Below, one piece after another: positions 34,961 to 47,800 of a stretch of 64,000 nt of DNA. Both the position numbers and the translations under genes were made by a program. Each line of letters starts with the position of its first letter. Position 1 is the stretch's first letter. Source of the DNA: Histomonas meleagridis 2922-C6/04-290x (Eukaryota; Protista; Parabasalia); assembly GCA_020184695.1 (NCBI GenBank), contig JAANOX010000269.1, positions 124,001-188,000 on the forward strand. The letters are read 5' to 3'. The notes beneath the pieces are model-generated. The model made no database searches. It was not told the DNA's origin and worked only from the letters and a program-made list of their open reading frames with translations.

Positions 34961-35165
34961 AGAGTGCAGAGAAGAAGATTATCGCAGAACCTCAAAATAC
35001 TTTAAATTATATGTTTCCACCATATCCTATTGCATGTAGAGCTGTAAAGTGATCTGCTTAAAAATAATGAAATTCCATATTCTAATATTATTTCTATAAA
35101 AGATTATAAAATTGCAATCATTACTTATGGAAAATTTGAGAATTATTTAATGAAAAACGGTTTTT

Positions 35166-37796
35166 ATGAAAAATGTAATCACATTTTTAAATATGGAACA
35201 AAATAAATCAAATCAAAAAATACAAAATGAATTAGAAGTGCTTCTATCAATCGAGGATATAATTTTTAATATAAACAAAGAAAATATTGATCAATCTTCA
35301 AAATCAATAATTAATATGTATGATGAAATATATCCAATATCATTTGATAAGCTTATTTCTAAAATGATATATATTCTTTTTGAAATAAGGATGAAAGATT
35401 TTGATATATTTTTAAATTTTTTAAATGAAATTAATAAATTTGAATATGAGAGTGAAGGCAACTCAAGAATTATTAACATATTTTCTAAGCTCCTTATTGA
35501 AAATCATACGAAAGGTCAATATTTTCTTCTTTACAATTTGGTTAAACATAAAATACTTGAGCCAAAAGATTTCAATTCCAAAAATAATCCTTATTTTATA
35601 CATTATATGTATAATGAAGAAATTAAAAACATACAGAATTATGATGCTTATGAATATTTGAAGCAATTCGAAGAAAATTACTCAGAACTATCAAAGAATG
35701 ATCGGGAACTTCATAAGCAATTAATTGAAGAAGGAGTTAATCCAAATGAACTTGCGAAAATAATCCGAAATGATGAAATCGAAAAACTTCAAGAAATGGC
35801 GTCACAAAATGATTTTGATTTTGATCAAATAATTAAACCATCAATTTATGAAAGATGTTCATTTATTAACAATTAGTATGTTACATTAATTGATTATGCA
35901 GCATTTTTTTCATCAGTTAAATGTTTTAAATTTTTGCTTATGAATAATGCAAACTTGAAAAACACTGGTAAATATGCAGTTGCAGGTGGAAATGAAGAAA
36001 TTATTCATTTATGTGAACAAAACCATTCATCATTTGAAGATGCATATGAAACAGCAATTGAATTCCATCGAAATATTATCTTTAAATATCTTTATGAAAA
36101 TCAAATTATAGTAAATAATAATAAAGAAGAATTGGGAATAAAATGTATTACATATTATAACTTTGAAATTTTATCATTTTTACTTGAAGAAGGAATGATA
36201 GTAAATGATAATATAATTTATGAATCTGTAAAAAATGAGATCTATCTCATTAAATATTTTCATGAATTTAATAAGCACCCAAAAAACATTTTAGTTTTTG
36301 CTACAAACTGGAAATTTTGAAATTGTAAAATATGTATTAGAACAAAATGGAATTGATAATAATTTTAAAGATATATTATTTTATTGAAAATATTTAAAAC
36401 AGTACTTAATATAGCATCTTATAATGGTTTCATTGATATAATTAAATTTCTTCTTGAGCAAAAAGTGTTTGATATTAATGAAAATGGTGTTTATTTGTTT
36501 GTTTTAATGTTGCAAAATAAAATTTTTAATTTTTTTAAAATATTTGAAATAGCATTGATTTGTGGTTCCAAAAGAAGTCATCTGAATATAGTTAAATTAC
36601 TTCTAAAACATGGAGGAATTGATATTAATGCTAAAGATGTTAATTTGTTTTATTTAATATTTATTTTAATAATTAGATGTTTGATAATAATATTTGGAAA
36701 TTATTTAAATTATTTAAAACAGCGCTGATGAATGCAGCTGAAAATGGTCATATAGAAATAGTTAAATTACTTCTTGAACAAGAAGGAATTGATATTAATG
36801 TGACAGATATTAATTTATTTCATTTAGGGTTCATTTTAATAATATCTTATTTCAATATAATATTTGGAATTTACTAAAAATATTTCAAACAGCACTTATG
36901 TTAGCATCTGAAAATGGTTATATAGAAATCGTTAAATTACTTCTTCAACAAAAAGAAATTGATGTTAATATTAAAGATATTTATTTGTTTTATTTAATAT
37001 TTCTTTTAATAATTTTCTATTTCAAAATAATATTTGGAAATTATTAAAATTATTTTGCACAGCACTTATTTTTGCATCTCGAATTGGATACACAGAGATA
37101 GTTAAATTACTTCTTGAACAAGAAGAAATTGATATTAATGTTAAAAACAATAGTTATCTTAAGAATTTAATATTTCAAAATATCACTTGGAAATTATTTT
37201 GGTTATTTAAAACAGCACTTATGTATGCACTTGAAAATGATCGCACAGGAATATTCAAATTGCTTCTTGAACAAAAAGGAATTGATGTTAATGCCAAAGA
37301 TATTTATTTGTTTTATTTGATATTTATTTTAATAATTTTATATTTCAAAATAATATTTGGAAATTATTAAAATTATTTAAAACAGCATTTATGTTAGCAT
37401 CAGAAAGTGGTTATACAGAAATAGTCAAATTACTTCTTGAACAAAAAGAAATTGACATTAATGCTCAAGATATTTATTTGTTTTATTTGATATTTATTTT
37501 AATAATTTGATATTTCAAAATAATATTTGGAAATAAAATAAAATATTTAAAACAGCACTTATTTTGGCATCTTATCACGGTCACACAGTTATCTTTAAAT
37601 TACTTCTTGAACAAGAAGGAATTGATATTAATGCTAAAGATATTTATTTGTTTTATTTAATATTTATTTTAATAATTTTATATTTCAAAATAATATTTAG
37701 AAATTATTCAAAATATTATGGACAGCACTTATGTTTGCATCTCTATATGGTCATACAGAAATTGTTAAAATAATTCAAGAATTTATGTCTGTTTAA
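35166..37796 (+). pseudogene. DUF3447-like + spacer-interrupted ankyrin gene (locus D) with an in-frame TAG and a frameshift in the N-terminal part
   Basis: TAG at 35874-35876 where a paralog has Lys (NQKYV), same frame resuming afterwards; frameshift near 36307 (GCT ACA A/ACT GGA AAT TTT); nine open modules ending TALMFASLYGHTEIVKIIQEFMSV*. Confidence 0.7.
36340..37796 (+). repeat. Ankyrin module/spacer array D
   Basis: Module starts at 36399, 36549, 36719, 36889, 37059, 37212, 37382, 37552 and 37722; spacers of 26, 60, 80, 80, 80, 63, 80, 80 and 80 nt. Confidence 0.92.
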
Positions 37797-38246
37797 TATA
37801 TTAAACAATTATTTTTTTTTAACAAATCTTTAGCTTCGATTAATTGGTTCATCTGGTGAAAGTGCATGATAGATCATAACTCATATTGCTTTACTCCTTG
37901 TTTCAAATGTTTTACCAAATTAAATCTTTAAAAAAATCTTATGATTTTTGTTGTGCCTGTATATTTTAAATAATAAATCACACAAAAGACTTTAGTTTTC
38001 AGTCAATACATAAATATATAAAAGGATTATTCGTGGAACTAAAAAACCGATTCCATCCATCCTCAAAAAAAGGAAGCAAATGACTGGTTTACAATTAAAA
38101 AATTGTGAGATACGATTATTTTCAACAGTAAACCCAAAAATTGAGTTTATCGTGCGCATCAACCAAATAAACACAGAAAAAGACATGTAAACATGTGAAT
38201 GTTCTTTGGCTGCTAATTTGCACAAATTAAATCACATTCGTTTATT

Positions 38247-39521
38247 TTACGCCATAGCAATTTTCCGTGCCTGCTCTATCTCTCCCGATATTCCTTTGCT
38301 TTTGTTTTCCACCACAACGATTGTATCTGTTTCTTTTCTTCTTTCAAAATATGATATAAATTGCCCTTCTTTATCAACAGGGAACACTCCATTCGAATTG
38401 CTGCCAGTTAAGTTACCAAAATCGTGTGCATGCAAAACACCAATTTCAATCTTATTATAATGGAAAGGTTGAATTTGATGGTTAATAAGCTCCAATTCCG
38501 CTTCTTCGATGTGGTGGCACAACTTAACGCCGGTTTTTTCTTGGAAACTTCCCGATTTCTTCAATGTGGCCGAGATGCTGGTGGAGTGATCGCACGTGCG
38601 AAGTATTGGAAACGCGTCCTTTGTTACTTCCGCCAATACATTTAAGTCATAAATTTTTCGTGGGTCTATAACTAATATCAATCTGACCTTGTTCAATTGT
38701 AGCGCAGATAACGCATAAGTACGGTCTTCATAGTACACAGGTGGGGTGAAACAAGTGATAGAGCCATCCGGCTCTTTGACATAACCAATAATCCATTGCA
38801 TCACATTTTCCCTTTTCTTGCATTTGCGTGGGAAATATGGTTTAAATTTGGAGTTGATCAATAGCGACAAGATACGTGTGAAAATTGGATCGTGATGAAT
38901 GGAAGAAACAACTTTATCTTGTAATGTGATAATTGCATTTGTTATAAAGTCAAACTTTTGTTGTATCTTCATAAGCTGTTCTTTGAATAGTAGTTTTCGA
39001 TCATCTGGAATAGTTAAACATGGGATGTATGCATTCCACAATTGTGTGAAAACTAGATCATTCCAGCGAATAACATTGAGGATATGTGGCATAAGACCTT
39101 TCAGTCCATTACGCCACTGAGGATCAAACTTTCCATTGACTCGTTTGGGTTTTGCTAAATTCATAAAAAGCATGTTCTTAACAGTTTCAAGAACAGTGTT
39201 AAGGACAAGACGGTGTGTGGGCTTGGTGGATAAAAGGGATGCAGAAAAGAATAGATTCTCTCCAATTGGAAGTAATGAAAATTCTCGCTTGCCTGAAAAT
39301 ATATAGTCGCAATTTTTGGAAGTACCAAACTGTTCGGGTACATAGAGGAAGGTAGTAAGAATACCAGCTTCATTAACTTGACGCATTTGTGAAGAATCTT
39401 CAGGATTATCAGAAGAACAATAATAGAACAAAACATCATTGGAAGAACCTTCTTCTTCAGACACTACAAAATCAAATACTATAAAGTTATAAAGAGAATA
39501 GTTTGGTGTGATCTCTTCCAT
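38247..39521 (-). CDS. Longin-domain protein, CCZ1-like (Mon1-Ccz1 Rab7 GEF subunit)
   Basis: N-terminal FIVFD...E...VLFYY...QV..AGILTTF...F...C..I...KREFSLLPIGENLFF matches the first longin domain of the Ccz1/Intu type. Confidence 0.65.
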   Translation of the reverse strand: MEEITPNYSLYNFIVFDFVVSEEEGSSNDVLFYYCSSDNPEDSSQMRQVNEAGILTTFLYVPEQFGTSKNCDYIFSGKREFSLLPIGENLFFSASLLSTKPTHRLVLNTVLETVKNMLFMNLAKPKRVNGKFDPQWRNGLKGLMPHILNVIRWNDLVFTQLWNAYIPCLTIPDDRKLLFKEQLMKIQQKFDFITNAIITLQDKVVSSIHHDPIFTRILSLLINSKFKPYFPRKCKKRENVMQWIIGYVKEPDGSITCFTPPVYYEDRTYALSALQLNKVRLILVIDPRKIYDLNVLAEVTKDAFPILRTCDHSTSISATLKKSGSFQEKTGVKLCHHIEEAELELINHQIQPFHYNKIEIGVLHAHDFGNLTGSNSNGVFPVDKEGQFISYFERRKETDTIVVVENKSKGISGEIEQARKIAMA

Positions 39522-40503
39522 TACAATGTCACTTTTAGTCTTTTGTCATCTTGGATTTGTGAGATATTTAATCGTTACCACATAATTAACCAGAAAAAAC
39601 ACATTTAAAAACGTACAGTTGGATTTTCATTCAACAAAATGTTATTATGAAAATGTATCTCGAAAGTTTACATATTTATTTTTGTATCTATTATTGATTG
39701 TTTTACAGATCTTATTTTTGTTTGTGCAGATATTTTATTGGCTCAAGCAAAAAATAATTTTTTATTATCTTTCAGGTAATTTGGTTTCAAAATGGATATT
39801 TTAAATTTTGTTTAATGTGTATAGATTTAAAACAAGCCTAAATCATTAACAGTCGTTATACCACAAATAGAAGGCTCGCATAAAGTGAAAACTGATAAAC
39901 AACATTTCGCAACATATAATTTCCATGGATATTATTAACTTTTTTGGATATATAAAAATGAAAATGAAACTAAACGCAATTGTAATAATTCCTTCATCTC
40001 TACCTGTAATATTACATTCAACATTTCAAATTTATTAATCCATTTTTATTATTATAGACAAGTATATACCCATAACATGATTTTTAAGTGATGCATTATT
40101 ATATGTAATTTTTTTAAGTTTAAATTCATCTGGTTTAATCCTATATTTTATATATAAATCATATGATTCCACCATCTTGATTTTAAAATTTTTTCTGATA
40201 AAACAAATTCGTTCTTGGTATTTATTGATTTTTCATTTTCATAATTATATCAACAAAAAATAGGTTTTCATAATTAATTTCTAAAAATAGGGAAGTCTAT
40301 GTGTTTATAGGTACTCATTATTCTTTTATATAATGCATATTTAATATTTACGATGAAGAATCCAGATTCATAAATAAAAGTTGTCAAAAGTATTTTAGGG
40401 GTCAAATGGTTATATATTCAAATATTGAATTAATTTTTATGGTTTTTTTGAACTGAATTGATAGGATTATCGTTGTAACAATTTTTAAAAAGTGTCTCTT
40501 CAA

Positions 40504-41151
40504 ATGAATTCGAAGGCCCAACTCAAAGAAGGAATTCTTCCAGACTGTCAAAATCCAGATTATCTACTCAAGGTTATTCTAACCGGAGATTCTGGCGTTG
40601 GGAAAACAAACATTCTATCTCAATTTGTTCGAAACCAATTTAATCCGGATTCTATGACAACAGTTGGTGTAGAGTTTGCAACAAAAACAGTTCATGTCAA
40701 TGGGAAAACAGTAAAAGCCCAAATTTGGGATACTGCAGGTCAAGAAAGATATAGGGCCATCACATCAGCATATTACAAAGGAGCTAAAGGAGCAATTTTA
40801 ATGTATGACATAACGTCACCTAACTCATTTACATCGCTAAATAAGTGGATAAAAGAAATAAGGGATAATACAGATTCAATCCCCATTTTACTTGTCGGTA
40901 ACAAAATTGATCTCAAAGACCAAAGGTCGATTTCGGTCGAGGAAGGTAAAAACTTGGCTGAAAGGGAACAATTACTATTTATGGAAACTTCTGCTCTCGA
41001 TGCAACAAATGTACAAGAAGCTTTTACACAACTTCTGTCGTTTATTCTTGATCAGTATGAAAAAGGTGAAATAAAAGCACCACAAGAAGATAATCCAAAA
41101 GTATCAAATGGCGCATCAATCCAATCAAGCAAAAATGGCTGTTGCTGTTAA
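40504..41151 (+). CDS. Rab11-like GTPase
   Basis: [55 protein letters not shown]-terminal GCCC; first ATG at 40504. Confidence 0.92.
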   Translation: MNSKAQLKEGILPDCQNPDYLLKVILTGDSGVGKTNILSQFVRNQFNPDSMTTVGVEFATKTVHVNGKTVKAQIWDTAGQERYRAITSAYYKGAKGAILMYDITSPNSFTSLNKWIKEIRDNTDSIPILLVGNKIDLKDQRSISVEEGKNLAEREQLLFMETSALDATNVQEAFTQLLSFILDQYEKGEIKAPQEDNPKVSNGASIQSSKNGCCC

Positions 41152-41795
41152 TAAATTTATCATTAATGTCCGTAATAATACAAAAAATATTATATTTCTG
41201 CTTGAAGAAAATAAAATAATAAAAATTTTCAGTTTTTCAATATATTTGAATAGTTAACGTAACCGATTTGTCATTGAATTTATTGAAAAATTAAATACAA
41301 ACGATTATAACCGTATACAGTTATCCCTAAAAACAAATTTTCTTTTTCGCTTGTTTTCTTCCATTCCCTTAATATATTCCCTTTTAAATCAGCGGGAATT
41401 AAAAAATCCATATAATTGCTTATACGAAAATGCCTTCTCAAATCATGTTCACAATTTTTTTCCAAATTAATTTAGCAATAAGAAATTATCTTGTCTTTTT
41501 CTTATAAGTTGTTTGTGCAAACATAACTTTTATAACGATGAAATATCACAAATTTTTACATTTGTTTTGATTTAATATCTATAAGAAATAGAATTTAAAA
41601 TTATTGACTTCTCAATGAAAGAAATTAATTAACTATCACTTGATATCAAAGGATTTCTATTTAGTTTCAAGGGTAAGTCATTATTTCTATTGGCGTTTTC
41701 CAATATTTTTTTAAATTTTTTTATGAAAATTTAACCAAAAAATTTGATTTTTCTATGAAAACCCATTTGATTACATCTTTTGGTTTTTTACCATA

Positions 41796-41800
41796 TCATT
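41796..41800 (+). promoter_or_regulatory. Trichomonad initiator (Inr) TCATT
   Basis: TCATT 7 nt before the ATG of the giant ORF; the same motif occurs upstream of BspA (10846), UBA copy 1 and locus C. Confidence 0.55.
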
Positions 41801-41807
41801 TTTCTTT

Positions 41808-44800
41808 ATGTCAACCGATTTAGTTGCTTTATACACAAGCTCCACGATCCAAGACGATCATCCCAAAGTTTTCCAATATTATCTTGATTACACAGGTATG
41901 CAATGTCTTCAAGTTGCCATGAAAAACTTAGGCATTGAATATGAACCTAACTATGGTCTTCTGCTTCGATCCACGGAAGTTAAATGGCTTGATTTAAGTC
42001 AAACGCTTCGTTCGCAAAATGTTAAAACAGGATTTATGATTATCGTATATCCAATGGAAGAACAAAAGACGCAACCAATTTTCATAAAGACAATTGATAT
42101 TGAAACAACTCAAACCACAGTTTATCAAGAAGCAGTCGTTGATGGCGAAGATGATGATATTAATTATGAATACACTAATATTGATGAGAAAGTTACTGAA
42201 TTTAATGAGATTAAATATGGAGGATTCCAATCACAAAAAGGAGAAAATGCAAAAATAGTTTCGATCTTTACTTCTGATGGATTTAATACAACACAACCAA
42301 AAGAATGTAAATATTATATTCATTCTTCTTATACTGAAGTATTAGAGACTGCATTAAAACATTTAGGATTAAATCGTAATGCTGAATATTGTGTTTTATT
42401 ACAATATGGTTTAGATGTTAGAAAATGGTTTAAAGAAACTGGATTTCTTGAAGAATATAATCCATTTAATGGAATGTATTTATATGTTTTCCAGAAAATA
42501 AAACAAATTAATGTTCATTCGGAATATCAACAAATGAAAACAATTTCAATTGACATAACTAAAACTGTTTCTGATTTAGTTGAAGAAATTTCTAAAGATT
42601 TTAATATTAGAAATCATTATAGTTATAATTTATGTACTATTAAAGATCCAAAAAATCCAATTCCTTTAAATGGAGATTTATCTATTCCCCAACAAACTAA
42701 AGAAATAAATGATATAATGTTTTTAAGAAAATATTTTTTGTTTTCGAGAGAAGATTTAGAAACAATCGAAACAACCAAAATTGCATTTAAAGATGCAATG
42801 AAAGAATTTATTACAAATGATGTCGAACTATCTGAATCTGATGCAATTAAACTTCTTATTTATCGATATTATGCAGAAGAAACAAATCCAAACTTCCAAA
42901 ATGTTCCTGATGATTTATCTAAATATCTTCCAAAGACATATAAAAATGGAAAAACTATAGGCCATAAATTAAAATCGTATGCAAAAAAGATACCAAAAGT
43001 TGATCAATTTAATGCATGTCGTAAATATATTAAAAAATTAAGAAAGATTAATGGATTTGCTTGTACAATGTTTAAGAATGTAATTGTTGAAGTTAAATAT
43101 CAAAATAATAAAACTTCTGTTGAAATAGATTTAAAAGTTTCTCCTTTATCTGTTACTTTCATTAATAAAAAGAATGGAAATGTCGAAGAAAAAATATCAA
43201 TTTCTAAAATTATTAGTATAAATTTATTAGAAACTACATTAGAAATTCAATTCGCTATATCAAAACCATTTGGGAAAACAGGAAAATATTTATTTTATTC
43301 ACCAGAAACAAATAAAATCAAATTTTTGATTGAGAAATATAATACAATAAGTAAACAAATTCTAATTCATCGAGCAAAATTAAAATTACAAAATTCTCAA
43401 CATACGATAAACAATAAAACAAAAGTAACTTTATTCACAACGACTAATCTTAAAGATGAAAAGCCATCAATGTTTGATTATGATTCAAGTTTTACTGGTA
43501 AAATATTTATTAAATATGCCGAAAAATATCTTTCACTTGAACATAGTAGTAATCATATAGCACTTGTTAAAATGTTAAAGAAAAAACATCAATGGATCTC
43601 AAATGAAACATTTTTATGTTTAATGGGAATACAAAATGGAATGACGGTATATATCATCGATAATTTTTATCCGATAAAAGTCATTTTTTCAAATCAAAGT
43701 TCGAAAACAATGGTATTTGATTTAACACAAAAAATCGAAGAAATAATTCCTTCTGTTTTTAAGAAACAAGGATTACCAATTGTTTCCGGATTTACATTAT
43801 ATTCATTAGAAGATGAAAATAACCCACGGCCACTTGATGTTAAACTTTCTATACCTGAACAATGTTCGGATTATTCGAAATTACTTTTTAAGCGTCGTTT
43901 CTTTGTACTTTCATCACAAGTACTTCAATCAATTCAAACAGCTTATTCAACTGTTTGTGATTGTAAAGATAATGTTCTTGATCCAAATTCGGATGTAAGA
44001 CTTTCTGAAGATGAAGCGATTGAATTAGCGATTTATTATTTATATTCTTCTGCAATGAATCCACAAGATGTAAAATCCGCTAAACAACATGATTATAATG
44101 GGTTAATACCTTCTTATATTAATATAGATAAGAAATTTGATGTAAAATTTAAAAAAGTTTTAGAAGAATTTAAACCACTTGAAAGAATTGATGCATCTAA
44201 ATTTTATATTGGTAAAGTTCGACAAATTAAAGGGTTTGGTGTTGAAAAATTTGTTGTTATTTATCGAGAAGTAACATTTGGTGTTACAGAGAAAACTATT
44301 AAAGATACAACATTAGCAATTGGACCATTAAATATTAGTGTTTTCTTACCAAATACAAATGAACCAATATATTCGATTTCATATCGATTAATTATTAATT
44401 ATCAATCGATGGGTCATAAATTATTAATCAAATTTTCGAATCCACAAACTAATAAAATACATTCAATCGAATTTAAAATACGTGATATTGATATCGTATT
44501 AATGTTACTTAGTCAATATATATCTATCATTCATAGTTTATTATTTGAAAATCGTGAAAAACAAAGAAAAGAATTAGAAGAAACTACACAACGTTTAAGA
44601 GGAGGATTTGTTGATGAAACAGGTAAAACTTATCAACCAATGAATGATTTTTTGATTTCTTCATCACTTTATAAACGAGATAATTTATCGAAGTTATGGA
44701 TCGAATTAAATAAAACTGGAAAAGAAGTTATTGATATTGTTGTTCCTATATTAAAGATTGATACTAAAATTGATTATTCTGTTTTATTATGGATTCATCG

Positions 44801-47800
44801 TGAGAAATATCAATGGGTTGGATCAAATGAAACATTATTATCTAAATCACCATATCGTAACACAACAATGTTTTTAATAGAATCAAATCCAAAAATTAAA
44901 ATTTTATTATCTTCTGGTGTATCGAAAGTTATTATTATACCAATTGAAAAGAAAATCGAAGAAATTATACCAATGATCGGACAAAAATTAGGAATTAAAT
45001 CATTTGTTGGTTATTCTTTGTTTAAACCTGTTGAAGGATCAGAACCAATTCCATTAGATCCACAACTTTCTATTCCAGAACAAATTAATTCATATGAAAC
45101 ACTTGAATTTAAACGAAGGTTTTTCTTAATATCTAAATCAGAATTAGAAAATCCAAATACACTTTATCAAACGTTTTGTGATGTTAAAGAATTAATTCAA
45201 AGTGGGAAAAATGAAATTTCATCCAAAAAAGCGATTGAATTAAGTTATTTATCATTATTAGCTGACTTTGGTGAAAAGTTTACTATTCAAGCGTTTCCTA
45301 AAGAAAAGGAATATATTGAAAATTATATACCAAAATGTGTTAAAGTTAATTATGCTAAAGCTAAAACAATTATTTCATCTATGCTTAAAAGAAATCCTTT
45401 TGTTAATAAACAAGAAACTATGCGAAATTATATACAAATTGCACGTACAATTCCATCATTTGCATGTGAAGAATTTAATGTTATTTTAATTGATGATAAA
45501 AAAGGACATCAATTAAAAACAAATACATTTTTATATATAAGTCCTTATCGAATCTTCTTAATGGATGAAAGTAAAAAGAAAGAAATCATTGATATTTCAT
45601 ATCAAAAGATATTAAATGTCAAGAATTTGTTGAATCAAGTTTGTATTAAATATTGTAGTGATGATAATCAAGCATTATATTGTGAAATTGAATCAAATTC
45701 GTCTGATAAAATTAGTTCTTTAATTAATGCTCAATTAAATATTCATAAACATTTATTACTTGAGAAATTAGAAGATAAAAATAATAAAAGTACATCATTT
45801 AATATTGAACTTATAACTTTATATGGTTTAGGACCAAGTACTTCACAACAATTTACTTATGACTTAAGAATTACTGGTGAAGAATTCATTAAACAAGCTT
45901 GTAAAAACTTAGGCATTGATCCTGATTGTCAATATTCAGCTATTCTTGTGATTACTAATGATGAATATAAATGGATTAAAAAAGATGTAATTCTTGGTAC
46001 ACTTAATCCTGTGACAGGATCAATTGTTCATATTTATCCAACTTATTCACAAATTCAAATTTGTGCAAATAAATTCCAACGTAAAATGTATATTAACATT
46101 GAAAAAACTATTCAACAATTAATTGAAGAAATAGCTTTTAAAATGTATATTGATCTCCCACTTGGTTATACTTTATATTATAAAAATGATAAAAGTTTAA
46201 TTCCTCTTGATTTATTATCAACTATTCCTGAACAAGTACTTAATTTCGAGAAATTATATTTCAAACGAAGAGCATTTCTTTTTACTAAAGATGATATTAA
46301 TAGTTCACAAATGGTAACTCGAATTTTCCAGGATGTACTTGAAAATATTCTTTCTGGAATTCCCGAAATAAATAATGATAATCAAATCTTAGAATTAGCT
46401 GCTTATGCACTACTAGCAAAAGGTGAAACTAAAAACATTACGAATTTAAATGGAATTATTCCAAATACAATAAAAGTTAAACCAAAACTTCTTCAAGCTA
46501 TAATTACTAATGTAAAAAATTCCAAACTTAAAAAAGAACTTGCAGCTTCGAAATTTATATATTCGGCAAGAAATTTGGAACATTGGGGATGTGAATTATT
46601 TGAAGGGAAATTAATTGAAGAATCAGAAGAACCACAAAACATTAAAATTCATAATGTTTGCGTATCAATTGGACCTTTTGGTATTCATGTTTATGATAAA
46701 CATTCGAAAGTTGATTTTGTTAAAATTGATTATCGAAATATTGTCGACTTTAATACTATTAAAGGAAATTTGTTTTTACGTGTATCAGAAGAAGATGAAG
46801 GAATCATTCATGAGTTTATGATAAAGACAAAGTTTTATAATGAAATTGATAAACTATTAAATAGTTATAAAAAAATATTTATTCCAGGACTAGAAAACAG
46901 AGAGAAAATACAAAAATTAAAGAAAAGTACTGATATTATTGAAATTAATGATAAAATTAAGAAATCGAAAATTCCAATTTATATATCACGTCAACTTAAT
47001 CATCCAAATCCAATATTAATTGATGTTGGTAAAACACTTACATCTGATGAAATTACAAAAATTATTTTGTTTAAATTAACAAAAGAAAAAGAAAATATTT
47101 ATCATGTTTTATCTTATGATAATATCGGCGATTATAAATGGATTAAAGATAAAGAAATATTACAAGATATAGAACCAAAAGAAAATTCACATATTTGTAT
47201 TATCGAAAATTTACCACTTGTACAAATAATAACATCTCATGGAGAAGGTAAAGAATTAAAACTTGAAATAGATAATACTATTGAATCACATTGTAAGAAT
47301 CTTGTTAATTTATTCGAACTTGGTTCTTATTTTGGGTATACACTTTATGAAATTAATAAAAATGATATTCGACCACTTGATTTTAAACTGAATATTCCGA
47401 CTGCTACTCCGAATTATAGGGAAGTTATGTTGAAAAGAAGATTTTTCTTCTTTAAAAAATCATTTGAAAATGATAAACGTTCACTTCATTCATTATATAA
47501 AGATGTAAAACAATTAGTTTTATCTGGGACATATGAAATTAATGAAGACTTTGCATTTAAGTTTGCAATTCTTAGTCTTTATTCAGAAGAATTAAATTTT
47601 TTACATAAAATTTCAAGAATAAATGAAATTGAGTTAAAGAAACTTTTGCCTAAAAATTATAAATTAGGATCAAATTCATTAAAACGTTTTGAAATAATGT
47701 CATCATCAATAAATCAAATCGAACCTGATATAGCAAAAGTTCGATATATAGTATTAGCTAATGAAATCCCTGGATTTGCATCTGAGAAATATATTTGTTT

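Noticed and set aside
3216-35876. Stop-codon reassignment suggested by the in-frame TGA and TAG
   Set aside because: Conserved genes here end at TGA (Rab at 624), TAG (B9D1) and TAA (RPL18), and long ORFs have no internal stops.
36677-37773. Short ORFs in the ankyrin arrays as independent genes (also 2817-3107, 29238-29561, 30199-30423 and 58798-61654)
   Set aside because: They are single modules plus flanking spacer read in shifting frames, with starts at internal Met or TTG codons.
37992-38225. 77-aa ORF downstream of the CCZ1-like gene
   Set aside because: Non-ATG start and no motif; the opposite-strand frame is equally open and also lacks a start.
25-41151. Functional cluster of trafficking genes (three Rabs, CCZ1-like, VPS9-like, BEACH-like)
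   Set aside because: These families are heavily expanded in parabasalids and the genes are scattered on both strands, so co-location is unremarkable without a genome-wide test.
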